From: Utricularia gibba
Lineage: Eukaryota; Plantae; Magnoliophyta
Direction: 5' to 3'
Length of the DNA stretch: 64,000 bases
NCBI GenBank assembly: GCA_002189035.1
Contig: NEEC01000002.1
Coordinates: 2,728,001 to 2,792,000 of the forward strand
The stretch's first letter is position 1. Each line of letters begins with the position of its first letter. The notes beneath the pieces are model-generated. The model was not told the DNA's origin, did not search any database, and saw only the letters and a list, made by a program, of their open reading frames with translations. Made by a program: the position numbers and the translations under genes. This document shows positions 50,598 to 62,364 of this stretch, piece by piece.

Positions 50598-51121
50598 TCA
50601 ATTCAGCTGTCTGGCTTTGCGAGCACAGTCGGCAAAATCTTTGACAAACTGGGCGCACTTTAAAGGGGCGTCGGCATGCTGCTTATAGCAGTTGGTACAT
50701 GCGTCCTTCTCATTCAAACATGGCATCGGCTTGCGATTTGGGAGCTTAAATTCTTTATCATGAAGATCCTTAGCTCTTTGAGTGACTTCATTTACCATGT
50801 TCTCCTCTCGTTTCTGAAGTTTCTCCAAGACCTGTTCACTTTCCTTGAGGACAGTGCGGATGGCATCTATCTCAGGATTCACGGGGTTCTGAGTTACAGC
50901 AGGAAAGTACGCGGGAGGAGGCTGGAGGGGCCATCCACCGGAAAGTGGATCATGAAGTTTCTTCAAATCATTGGATGGCAGATTTTGTTTTGCACCTTCT
51001 GGTTTGTGTTCCTGAGCAGTCTTGGTTTTGGCTTCCTAGTTTTCTTTTTTACCGGTTCAGTTTCACTGAGCAACTTTCTGGCCAAGCGGCTGCTGATATG
51101 AACCGTAAATGGTTCATCCAT
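50598..51121 (-). CDS. Coiled-coil plus C-terminal twin-CX9C (CHCH) protein, At4g12340-like, with Mic19/CHCHD3-like architecture; apparent 1-bp frameshift
   Basis: MDEPFTVHISSRLARKL...KKKTRKPKPRLLREHKP (G added at 51011-51012)...EIDAIRTVLKESEQVLEKLQKREENMVNEVTQRAKDLHDKEFKLP..KPMPCLNEKDACTNC (CX9C)...CAQFVKDFADC (CX9C). Single coding exon. Confidence 0.88.
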
Positions 51122-51889
51122 CACTCAAGCAGCTTCTATGTACTCTGAAATATGAAGCACCATGGTTGAAAATGGAGTTAGTCCAGTGAACGGAAACAAC
51201 ATAATCACAAAAAAAAAATGCAAGAAAATCCCAAGCATAGCTCGGTACTGCAGGAAACTAGAACCCTTTGTACTAAAACACTGCATACTCAAATACAGCA
51301 GAGGCAAAGGCATTGAAGGAGATAATACACTTTTTTTAAACCGTCTTAAATCTTCCATAGGTATCCTTGTAACTGAACATCAAAATTCATACTGGCATCA
51401 AGGCCAAGCATCCCATAAACATCAAAATCAATAAATTCTGTGGAGCACTAGCGCGATGCCTACTCTATGCTACAGAGCAAAATATGAAAGTAACGAATCA
51501 ACCACTCCAATGGAAAATAAAAGAATGTAAAAAGTCAAAAAATACAAAAAGAAAACGAGATCTTCAATCCAGAGGCATAAATATTTGACAAGTTTAAGAA
51601 GTAATTCAGCCAAAACATTCTGCATCAAACAGAAATCTAGGATATTCACCACTGAAAAAGAAGCACGCAGCAGTAATTAATCTTCAGAGTAAAGCGGATT
51701 TCCTACACGCCAACCCTATTTCAATTTCCACAAAACTCTCAACAATTACCACAAACAACTTCCAGGACGCCTCCGCCGAACTGAGGATCCACAGGAGAAA
51801 AGATCAGTTACCTCTCGACTCGACGGAAAAGACTTCCCCTGAACTTCTCGAGAATATCGAAATTAGACTCGACGAAAACTGCAATTCCT

Positions 51890-52090
51890 AGGATGGCCCA
51901 TGATGTGGCCCGTGTTCCAGGCCCGTTCGTTTGAGCTTTCAGGCTTGCCCAGGCCCAGGATCTAATTAACATGGGCTGACGGCAATTATACGCAACTAGA
52001 GAATTTTATGTTTATTTATACACTTTTTAATAAACTAGGGATTTTTATTTTGTTACCTTTGTTCTTCAAGTAAGCCTAAACCCAAGGACA
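51890..52090. promoter_or_regulatory. Bidirectional promoter core with a site-II cluster
   Basis: GGCCCA 51895-51900 and 51952-51957, TGGGCT 51972-51977, GGCCCG variants near 51907 and 51920, telo-box-like CCTAAACCC near 52076. Lies between divergent ATGs at 51121 and 52204. Confidence 0.65.
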
Positions 52091-52203
52091 GCGATAAACC
52101 TTGGGAGGAAAGAAATCGGATTTCTTTGTGGAATCGTCTAAGCGTTGATCTTTTACTACACTCCGAGTTATTACTCTCTGCGGATTCCACTCGCAGGAGA
52201 AGG

Positions 52204-55200
52204 ATGAGCAAGAATGGAGACCCGGACAACAAGCAGCTCTATGCGTTGCTCAATGTGTCGCCGGAAGCATCCACGGAAGAGATTCGAAGGGCTTATCGCC
52301 AATGGGCGCAAGTTTATCATCCGGACAAGTACCAGTCTCCGCATGTATACAACTGATAACTCCTTTTGGTTTACTACCTTTTTGTTTTCAATTTTGATGA
52401 TTGGGTTGCAATTTTCTTGTATGCCTCTTTCGAGGAAGTTGGGTTGTTGTGGGTTAACGTTGCTGGTAGGATCTCATTGCTGTAAGGGTTTGTTTTATCA
52501 TGAAGATTTAGGAGAATTAAGTAGTTATGATCTTTTAAGGATCAGTTTCTATTGCAATTATGCAGATGAAGGACATTGCAACAGAGAATTTTCAACGTGT
52601 ATGTGAAGCTTATGAGATTTTAACAGATGAAAATAAAAAGGACTTTATATGATATATATGGAATGGAAGGCCTGACTTCCGGATTGGAGCTAGGCCCTAA
52701 ACTGAGCAAAGTTGAAGAGATCAAGGAAGAACTCGAGAGACTGAAACGCCTGAGAGAGCAAGAAAAGTTTTCTGCACGTACGCGTTCTACTGGTTCGATT
52801 CTGGCAAATTTATCATGGCCTAGTTTTTTAGATGGAGATGGCCTTATGAGAGGGTATGATCACAAATCCTTGTAATGTCTTACTGAAGATGCTCTTGTGG
52901 GTTGTATATGCGTGCATTTACATTTCTTGTAAACCATCATATTGACTCCATGCCAACTTAATTTTTGAAGGGTGTAGTAAATTCGAATATCTTGAAGTAT
53001 TGCTTATGCATTATATCTTCGTAGCTCAAGTTCAGCTCTCTTGTTATCAGCGTGTATCTTGAGATAATTGACTTTACTGGTACTCCTTTGTTTTCTAGGA
53101 TGGGTATGGCTAGTGAGTTTCAGTCTCAAGTATCCAAGGATACTGCTTTGGTTATTGGTGGTAATTTGGCCGTTAATTCTAATGCTGGTGGAGGTGCAGC
53201 AACTGCAGTTCTCAGGCATCAAATTTCTCCAGTTTCATCATTGGAATTGATGGGCTCCATGGGGCTTCAGTCACTAATAGGAGCACAAACATCTTAGTAA
53301 TATGTTTTTCAATTCTGAGAGAATTTCTTATTCAGTTTAGATGCATTTATTCATTTTCATTTGGATTCTATTGACAGCCAATTATCTGTTCACTCATCGG
53401 CAACAATGGGTGTTACAATGTCATTGAGAGATGGCTCACTGAATCTCTCAAACACCTGGAGCCGTCAGCTCTCAGAAACGACAACGGAAATGTATGCTTA
53501 CCCATTTGGATTTATTACTCTTTGCTTGTGGATTGTAGAATGATCTATTATGGTGTTCCGCTATAGTTCTATTTATTATCTGATAATGGAATGACTTGTT
53601 TACTGTAATTATCAACATCAAAAAATTTGGTGTCTGGATTGGGGTTACTATCATGTTAATGCATTGATTAAAAGTATAGGTGTCTGTTTTCCTTTTTTAT
53701 TGTGTACTACTTTTTTTATTTATCTCAGATACAACTTTCCTTGGGTCCGGATTCATCCATTGGCATTGGGTGGAGAATGAAGGAGCAAAAAAGGTCTGCT
53801 TCGGGAGAGGTCAAGGTGAAAATTCTATGTATTGTGAGACAGTTCTGCTTGTTATACACTTTCTCGCCAATTGAAGCTCATTTTCAAATGATTAATACTT
53901 TCAGTTAGTGTCAGAGTTAATGAATGTCTTATGAATTTTTTTCAAAACTCTTTAGATTGGTACAAATTCATTCGGAGCAACTGCACATTACACCCATCAC
54001 TTCTCGTCAAAATCACATGGACGAGTTTCTGGCTTGGTTGGAAGGTTGGTTTGTTGCTAGTATTTCTGTATGCGTATAAATATGTTGATAAACGAATATT
54101 TGAACTGTGTTCAATATGAATTGCTGTCCTGAAAAACTCTGATGCGTTATGCATTTTGCAGCAACGGACTTGCACTTGAGATTGGGGGTGAAGAAAGATA
54201 TCTGAATTAAGCACTGTTCGGATGCTATATTCAATTGGGCTGCAGGTCTGAATCTATATGTCACATAGCAATTATCTTTATGGATGTTCATGGTAATGCC
54301 AAAACTTATTCCATATCCAATATGCGATTTTCCATTTAAGATGACTTGTCTTTTAACAGGGCCTGGTTTGGAAATTTGAATTGCACCGTGGTGGGCAAAA
54401 GTTGGTCATTCCTGTAAGCGCTTGAAAGTGATTAAAATGCGGGGTTTTGATGTTTGTTTGCTGTTCTGTGTGATTTGATCCTTAGAATATTTCCAGTAAG
54501 ATGGTATTTTTACTTGCAGGTATTACTGTCCAATGTTTTGAGTCCGGCTTTTGCAGCAGGAACTTTCATTGTTCCAGTATCTCTTTATTTTTCCCTAAAG
54601 GTTCGTTAGTTGAGCATCTTCGCTTCTTCAATCAAACCCTGCTGCCTTTTTTTTTTTCTTTTTTTTTTCCTATGCCAAATGAAAATTGGTTTGATTAAAA
54701 CTTTTTTACGTTGATGCTTAACAACGGTTGCTTATGAGGTTTGATGGTGATGATTCCCACCTAATGCATTTCAGAAGTTGGTTTTGAAACCATACTATCT
54801 TAGACGGGAAAAGAGGGCTGCATTGGAGAACACTGAAAACACAAGGAACCAGGTATGGTGATCAAGGTTTTCTTTTTGCAAATTGCTTATCCATTGAGAC
54901 TCGGATTTTCAACTGTTGTTCAACCTGAATCTTGAAATGTTCCTTTGCCTGAGCTATTTAAAGGTGCAAGAGTCGATGACAAAAGCCAAAAAGGCTCAAG
55001 AACTGCTGAAGAATGTTGCTGAGAGGAAAAAAATAGGCAACTGGAGATCAATGGGTTGGTTATACTTAAAGCAGTTTATGGCAGTCGCAAAGCCATTTCA
55101 GATGCTCAAAAATCAAAGGAAACGCAAGATGAAATAGCACTCCAAATCATCGATGTAGCCATACCTCTTACATTTCTTGTAACCGATTCAGGGGAACTCA

Positions 55201-55525
55201 AGGTATTCTCCTGCTCTGCTGTTCCTGTTTATGACGGCTGCATTCCAGGGATACTCAGAAATCTCGTATTTAATTTCTTTCGGCAGCTACACGACGGTAT
55301 AAAAAAGTCCGGGATTATGGGGTTTTGTGATCCTTGTCCTGGAGAACCAAAGCAACTGCATGTTGAGTATGCCTATGGTAGCAAGAAATACGAGGTAGGA
55401 GATCGTTATCTTCTGTATGCGTTTGAATCTAATTTATTGATTGACTAGATGTTGCCACTGATCTCCAGGTTGCCGTTGATGATTCTAATGAGTTACGAAT
55501 ACCCCAAGAAAGCCACCGAGTTTGA
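52204..55525 (+). CDS. DNAJC11: DnaJ C11-family chaperone (J domain plus DUF3395; At2g35720/OWL1-like); three apparent 1-bp frameshifts
   Basis: J domain [33 protein letters not shown]...[22 protein letters not shown]; C-terminal [56 protein letters not shown]. Twelve exons. Single bases are missing at 53486-53487 (TTGN), 54190 (IGGGRKISE) and 55027-55033 (RKKNRQLE). Confidence 0.93.
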
Positions 55526-55769
55526 GCATACAGTTATAGGCAAACTCTTTAGATAGGAAGTTTGGACTTGCAGCTTCATCTCTTCAACGCCAAAGATTTT
55601 TGATCGAGATCTTCGTCAATAAGTCATTTGGGTGCATGTGTTTTCAACCTTGTGCTCACATTCGATATCTGACCGATGAAAGTGCTCTCGTACAGCATTA
55701 TTATCTTTATGATACATTGCTTGGAGATACTGTTGCTGTTCATTTCTCCAGCAGAGCATGGAGCATCAA

Positions 55770-57874
55770 TCACCCCAACCAAGGGCTGTCCTGAAACGAA
55801 CAATGGGCTCCTCTGCGAGGCCACTCTGCATCCACTGGTCTTGCAAACACCGGGCTCCATGTTGTGGTTCCATCTTCGTATGAGTTGTGGGTGATCCGGT
55901 GGATGTCAGATCCATCAGCTTTGATCACAAAAACATCGCCATATGGCTGAAAATGATGTGGGTTGGAGATGGGTTCTGCTGAAACTCCGGCATAATCGGA
56001 GACGAACACAATGTGTTTTCCATCTGGGCTGAACCAGGGGTGGTTGATCCGACCACCGGTGCCACTCTGCATCACCTTGTGAAGCCCTGTTCCATTAGGG
56101 TGAATCTTGAAGAGCTGGAAGCTTTCTGAGTCGGGATCCTCCCGGTTGGAGGAAAACACGATCCAATCTCCATCCGGCGACCAGTTACACATGGTGTCCG
56201 TCCATGGACCTTCAGTTAAGCGCTGCAGCTCTCCGTTTTCGCCATTTACGGCATCCATGATGTAAAGGTTCTTGTGACCGGAACGGCCCGACCGGAAGAC
56301 GATCCATCTTCCGTCCGGCGAGGGTGACGGAAATGCATTGTTCCTCCCTCCCAGGGACAGAATTTTGTAGCTCGAACCTTCGCCGTCCACATCAACTGAA
56401 ACAATGTTGACTTCAGCGCTCTCTTCGGCGAATATAGAGCCTACGCTTGTGTAAACCACGCCATTCCTTTTCGGATCCCACGCGGTGGCGAACGCCGGTC
56501 GGTTCAGCACTTGGCGAAGACCGGTGCCATCGCTGTTCATCACATAGAGACCTGAACCCGCATACGAGTCCGGCTCCGTCGTCAATTTCACGAATGCGAT
56601 CCTCCGACCGTCCGACGAGTACGACGGAAACGACCCGTCGATCTGAACCAGCGACAAATTCGGAATCGGGCTCCGAACAGTCTCCACCAGTAGATCGCTG
56701 CTCCTCGCATTTTCCGTTGCTCCTCTGCACTTATGGTACCCGACTGTTAATGAGTCGGGCGAGATAAACGGGTTGAAATGATGGGCACTGGGTGTAATGG
56801 ACCGGGTCGTGAAGATAAAGCTCTTCGAAACGATGTCGTACAGCTCCACGTGTCGAAATTCGGTGCCACGCCTCCTCGTCACCACGGCAATGAAGCTGGT
56901 GTTGGCCGGAGATGCCGCCGGTGTAAAAGCATGAAGACCGGGTCTCGTCACCCGTTCAACGGAGACGGATCTCGCATTGGGTTCATCTCCACTGATCGAA
57001 AATGAAGCTGTAAAAATACTCCACCAACCATCTTCACACCGCCTATGAAAATACAGCGTCGAATCATCTGCCCAGCTCGGCCAACCGCCGTGGTCTACGA
57101 TCTTGATTCGCTTCGATCCATCTTCCGTCAGGAAGATATAGATATCTGTACCCAATTCCTCGATCTCCCCTGCCAGCCCTTCTCACCGTACGACGCTACC
57201 GCTGTCCAAACCCCGGACGGCGAAACGGCGGGACTGAAATCTGCCACCCCTCTCGGCGTCAGCCGCCGCGTCGAGCCGGTGGGGAGCACAGTAGAGTATA
57301 CCGCCGTCCAGCTCTCTCGAGGCTCACCCGGATCCTCGTGAGTTGAAACGTATATCAAATTTTGCCCAACCAAGCTCGGCCGGTCCTTCATCGAACGGCC
57401 GCCGCCGGAATGTTCATCTCCGATCAGAAGTATCTGACTCCGTTTCGATTCAGCAAGCGAACGAAACCCAACCCGTAATATATCCGGGTCCTGGTAGAGA
57501 TCCGACCCTGAACCACTGGACACAATTGGGGCTTCTTCTTGAACGGAATCCAAATAAACCCCCGAGGACCCATTCCGCTCCGATACGTAAACAACATGAG
57601 TTGCCTGCACAGATGGAGCAGGCGATCGGGGGAGCGACGAAATTGACGACTTGGACGGAAAATAGCCGTTAAAATTGATGGACACGCCGTCGGTGAGGCG
57701 GGTTTCTTTGAGTGAACCAGACGTCGCAATTGAGTAGATGTCGAATGAGTAACTGGATCTCAACCATGTAGCAAAGGCAATGCTGCTCCAACCACCACCG
57801 TCCTCCCAGGAGCTCGGAAGCGCGGAAGCCGTGAATACGAACAGGAACCAGCAAAAAACGCTGGTGGTCTTCAT
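55770..57874 (-). CDS. Secreted TolB-like / DPP6-N / PD40-repeat beta-propeller protein (At1g21680-like), intronless; apparent 1-bp frameshift
   Basis: Signal peptide MKTTSVFCWFLFVFTASA; IAFATWLRSSYSFDIY; RLTPRGVADFSPAVSPSG; PD40-type repeats NAFPSPSPDGRWIVFRS, CNWSPDGDWIVFSSNR, HPWFSPDGKHIVF. The two ORFs join if a G is added at 57167-57170 (WQGEIEELGTDIY). Confidence 0.9.
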
Positions 57875-60800
57875 CTCCCGCCGAGTAGCGCTGTAAATCA
57901 ACGAAGGTGCATTGTGCACTTTAACGGGGACTGGAAGGCTCCCCCTAAATGGGCTTATGGTTTCCTTCTCCGATGGGCCTCAATTCAAAATGTAGTAACA
58001 TTTTTTTTTTTTTTACGATGCGATCAACTAATTCAATTATTTAAATTTCCAATTCGGGTAAAACGATTCTCATTAATTTTTTGTTAATATAATTGATTCT
58101 CAAGATCTACAAAAATTTATATGTTATAAATTATATGTTTAGTTTTCGAATGTTATAATTGATTCTCAATATTTAATGTACGAGATATTCATAAAGTTTA
58201 ATATATTGGACAAAATTTGTTTTTCATTATCTGTTATCTCATGTATTTTTATTTATATTATTTAATATCAAATATAATTGATAATTAATATTTAAAAATC
58301 GAATATACTTGATATCTATTATTTTAATATTTGATAAAATTTATCTACACTTGGCATCCAACGCCCACCATGGGTTGTCACTTGCCTACCCAATGCATGA
58401 GAGGCATAGTTTATATATTTCTAATTTATTATTGTGATTTACATTCGAAATACGTAAATTATGGTCACAAATTGAAATATTAGGATATTTACATATTGAT
58501 AAGTGTCACCAAAACACTCTTGCATTGCTCCCATTCCCATTAAGACTAAAGTTCTACCATGTGCAAATGATGAACACTCTTCTCTGCTAAGTAGATTCCA
58601 TATGTTTAACGCTAGTGTTGACTATTTTTATACAGTCTATATAAAATCCTTGGGCCAGATCTACTTAACTTGTATATAAGTTGGGTCAGATATATTTAGT
58701 TGGCCCAAACTAAATATTAAACCTGCCCAATAATCATATAATTCCAATATCCAATGTATTGTCTTTAGGACACCATTACAATTCCTAGCCCACTTGCATA
58801 TTAGTGACTCTTAACTAGGAGTTGAAAATCAAAAGATGGCAATGTTTAGGTACTTTGCCATCTCATGATTTCAATTTGGGTTATGTTGTTTTCAAGACAT
58901 TGTCATTCTTTTTAATTCAAAATATGCAAATGAAGACCCAAAACTCAAATCATAGGATGAATATTCACATCATTATAATTTAATTGATTAATATTAAAAA
59001 TAGTGAAAACAAAAGATGATAGATGTTATTTACAAGATTACATAGAAAGTAGTCTTTAAATTCTTCACTTGCATTTTGCAAACCTCTTTGCTATCCCACA
59101 GAACACATGATGATCACAATGCTTCAATCCAAAATGGAACAACTTGTCTTCAAGAACGAATCAAATGACTCCAATTTGCAAACCTCTTCCTTGATAATTT
59201 GATTGCTTCTCATTCCAAACAATAAAAGTAATGCCCCAAATTCAAATTCTAAGACTATGAGCACAAGTGTGATTAAAAGGTTTCAAACCAAAAGGAAACA
59301 TGGTATGCATGTTTCATGTTGGGGGTCTTTGTTCATGATGTCCTACTTAGCATATTCAAATCCTAAGAGGATACTAAACTAATAAAATAAGAATAACAAA
59401 AGGATCACAAATGATATTCCTCCAAACTATAATATATAATTTTAGAAAAATTGCCTAGGTACTAATTACTCATCATTTATGCAAATGACACCATTGGTAC
59501 AAAATCAAACCTTAATTTTTATCCAAATTCCTTCTCTTTCATGGGCTACTTGAATTCGTGTATAAATTAATATTTTATAATATGAACCAATTTTGTCAGA
59601 TAGTAGTAACTAAATATGTCAGTGATCACTAAATTTGTCATTTTAACTAAATAATGAGAACTAAACACATCATTTTGATAAACCATAGAAATTTTTGACC
59701 TGAAAGAATTATACATTTTTTTTGAAGAAAACTTTGATCATTGATTTCAAGATTACCAGCAACATGAAACCTTGGTTTTGTGGGTTTGTCTGTTTTTTTA
59801 TATCCAAAATTCGAGACTATAGAAACAACTTTTAATGAAGGCATAGTGTAAAAATTTAAGATGGGAATTGAAGATGTCTAATTTGGGTCATATTAGCACG
59901 CGGTTTCCTGTATTGTGTTTGTGGGAAAATTGTACTTGTGTTGGGCAAGCATGGTCTGCTAATTAAGGATTTAATACGTGATTAGTTGAATTATGGGTTA
60001 CCGAATTAATTAATTGTGCTAGCTAGGGTTTAGGCTCCATTTGTTGAACCGTGTGCTGCCTTATCTTGACCGCGGATTGCATTCACACCCCCATAATGCC
60101 CTCCGTGGAATAGTCCACACTCCACGCTCATACAGAATTTCCCAATATTTTTGATTTTAGAGTTTTTTTTTTTGAGATCAAATATCTTGCAATTTGGGGA
60201 TGGAGGACCAAAATTTCCGTGAAATTTCAAAAAAAATTTGCATCGAAAATCTGAAATTTTGACGAAATCTAAAACCTTACTACAAAGAGTAATATAATTT
60301 AATTCATTAAGTGACTATTGTGCATTATCCTTTCTTGAGTATTAAATGCGTACAGTATTTTCTAAACTGGAGATTCTAGAATATGATTTTATCTTAAATT
60401 ACGTGCCATCGGTATTATCTGAATTTGTCACACTCATAAGTCATAATGAGAGGTGTAAATTTTAGACCGGCATCCAGTTTCATTGTGATTTTTTATTTTT
60501 ATTCTTCTTCTACTTACATTGAATATAAAAATATTATTCACAAAATTTCTGAAAAAAAAAGGGAACATAACATATAATTAATTCGAGTAATGCTAAAGTT
60601 TGATTCATTGAAGAGGCTGGGAATGTGTAGGTAATCGGATACTAATTCCCTGGCTTTGCCTTTCTGCATCAACCTTTCTTTCCTCAAACTATGGGCACCC
60701 AACAACTAACAGCATTAGATGCTGATTGCCTCCATGCCCTTTCAGAAAATGCTTACCTTCAATATTAATCTTAATTTTTTTTGTGATTTAATATGTAAGG

Positions 60801-62364
60801 AATAAATGATGGATGATTATTTTATTGTAATAAACGTAGGTAGCGTTGGATTGACGAAAATCCAATAAAAAGAGTATAATTTAGTTAGATTTGCATACAT
60901 AAATTAATTTTTGTAGAAAGAGAGTGTAAGTTTGAACTTTAAATAAATCCTCATTCATAGGAGGTTTATTTACACATATGACCCAATTGTAGTATAATTT
61001 ATTACATATGTTCTAAAGTACATCTAAACTCATCAACTAAGCACTATTTAATAGTTGTAAGTCATGTTGGATAGGTTTACTTACTCCTTTAAACACATTT
61101 GTATCAAGAATTATATTTGTCACTTATTTACATTCACCCCTTTTAAACATCTAACGTTCTCTCGTTGATTGTCTTTTCATTCCACTATTATCATATGCTC
61201 AATTTTGGTTTTGATATCAAATATAACTACATACGATATTGTTCATTTTGAATACTTAATCTTCTCAATGTTAAATTATTTCCTTTTGGAAAAAAGATAG
61301 TATGATTTGCATGATACTTGCAGTAATATTTATCAAAACCATTATCTCACATGAATTTTCTGAATGAATTAATGAAATTTTACTTCATTTTTTCATCTAT
61401 TTTAAATATGCTTTTAATTATAATCTAATGAATTAATGGATGCTATGGAATGATCGCAACCTTGTAATTCTTTAGAGTTTGTGAAGCAACTTGGGAACAG
61501 TTGTCAAATATTTGAACAATGACAGAGGAGGGAGGATCAATCCGGAAAGGGGAAGAGGAACCATATGCCGACACCTGATATAAAAAGACAGTGAATGGAG
61601 GAGAAGGCGTTTCCCTGAAATAATGTGGATTCCATCCCCAGGGTCTTGCCAGCAAACACACAACACACCCCACAATAAGATAATCATATTATAGGATCAA
61701 CAAATGTGCTCCACTCAATGCTATCATACTCTTCCTTCATCCTTCTCGTCTATAAAGACAACACACTCACTTCCTGTTCATAGTCAGGTTTCAGCCGGGA
61801 GCAGGGTTTTGTCCCTTCTGCATCCCTGGGTAAATCCAACTACTGTCTTTTAGTCACATGATCAGCGATGGAAAACTTGTAGCCGTGCACGTTTCAAGGT
61901 CCTTGAGTTTGTTGAATGTCGTGGTCGCTGTGTGTATTATCAGGGAGGCCCCTTGCTGTACTGTCTGATGGGCTTCACGGTCACGAGTGTCTCTCATATA
62001 CTTCTTTATTGTTAGTATTATTATCGCCGGGGATATGGCTTTTGGGTATTGAAGAAAAAAGGGGTTTTGATTCTTTAATGCGAGGAGGAAGAAGAGGGCG
62101 CACGTGTAGTGTATCTGTAGGTCTGAGAATTTTCACCGTGTTTGAATTTACCTCCTCATCAGTAAAGGATGTTGAAGTCAAACGGTGATGATGAAAGTCG
62201 ACAAGAACTCACTTACGTCGCCTTGCACGGCGTCGTTTGAGCATCCTGTTATTTGTATATATACCCTCTCCCTCCCATCATTTCTGCTCGCACCTTCTTT
62301 CCAATAATCTTGGTTCCGTTAACTCATCTGTTGTCTCTTTTTGTTTGCGGTGATATAATCGAAG

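Noticed and set aside
4589-57170. Reading the many frameshifts as widespread pseudogenisation or programmed ribosomal frameshifting
   Set aside because: All are base losses, nearly always in short homopolymers. There are no nonsense mutations, splice sites are intact, and no shared slippery heptamer or stimulatory structure is evident. Assembly error is far more parsimonious.
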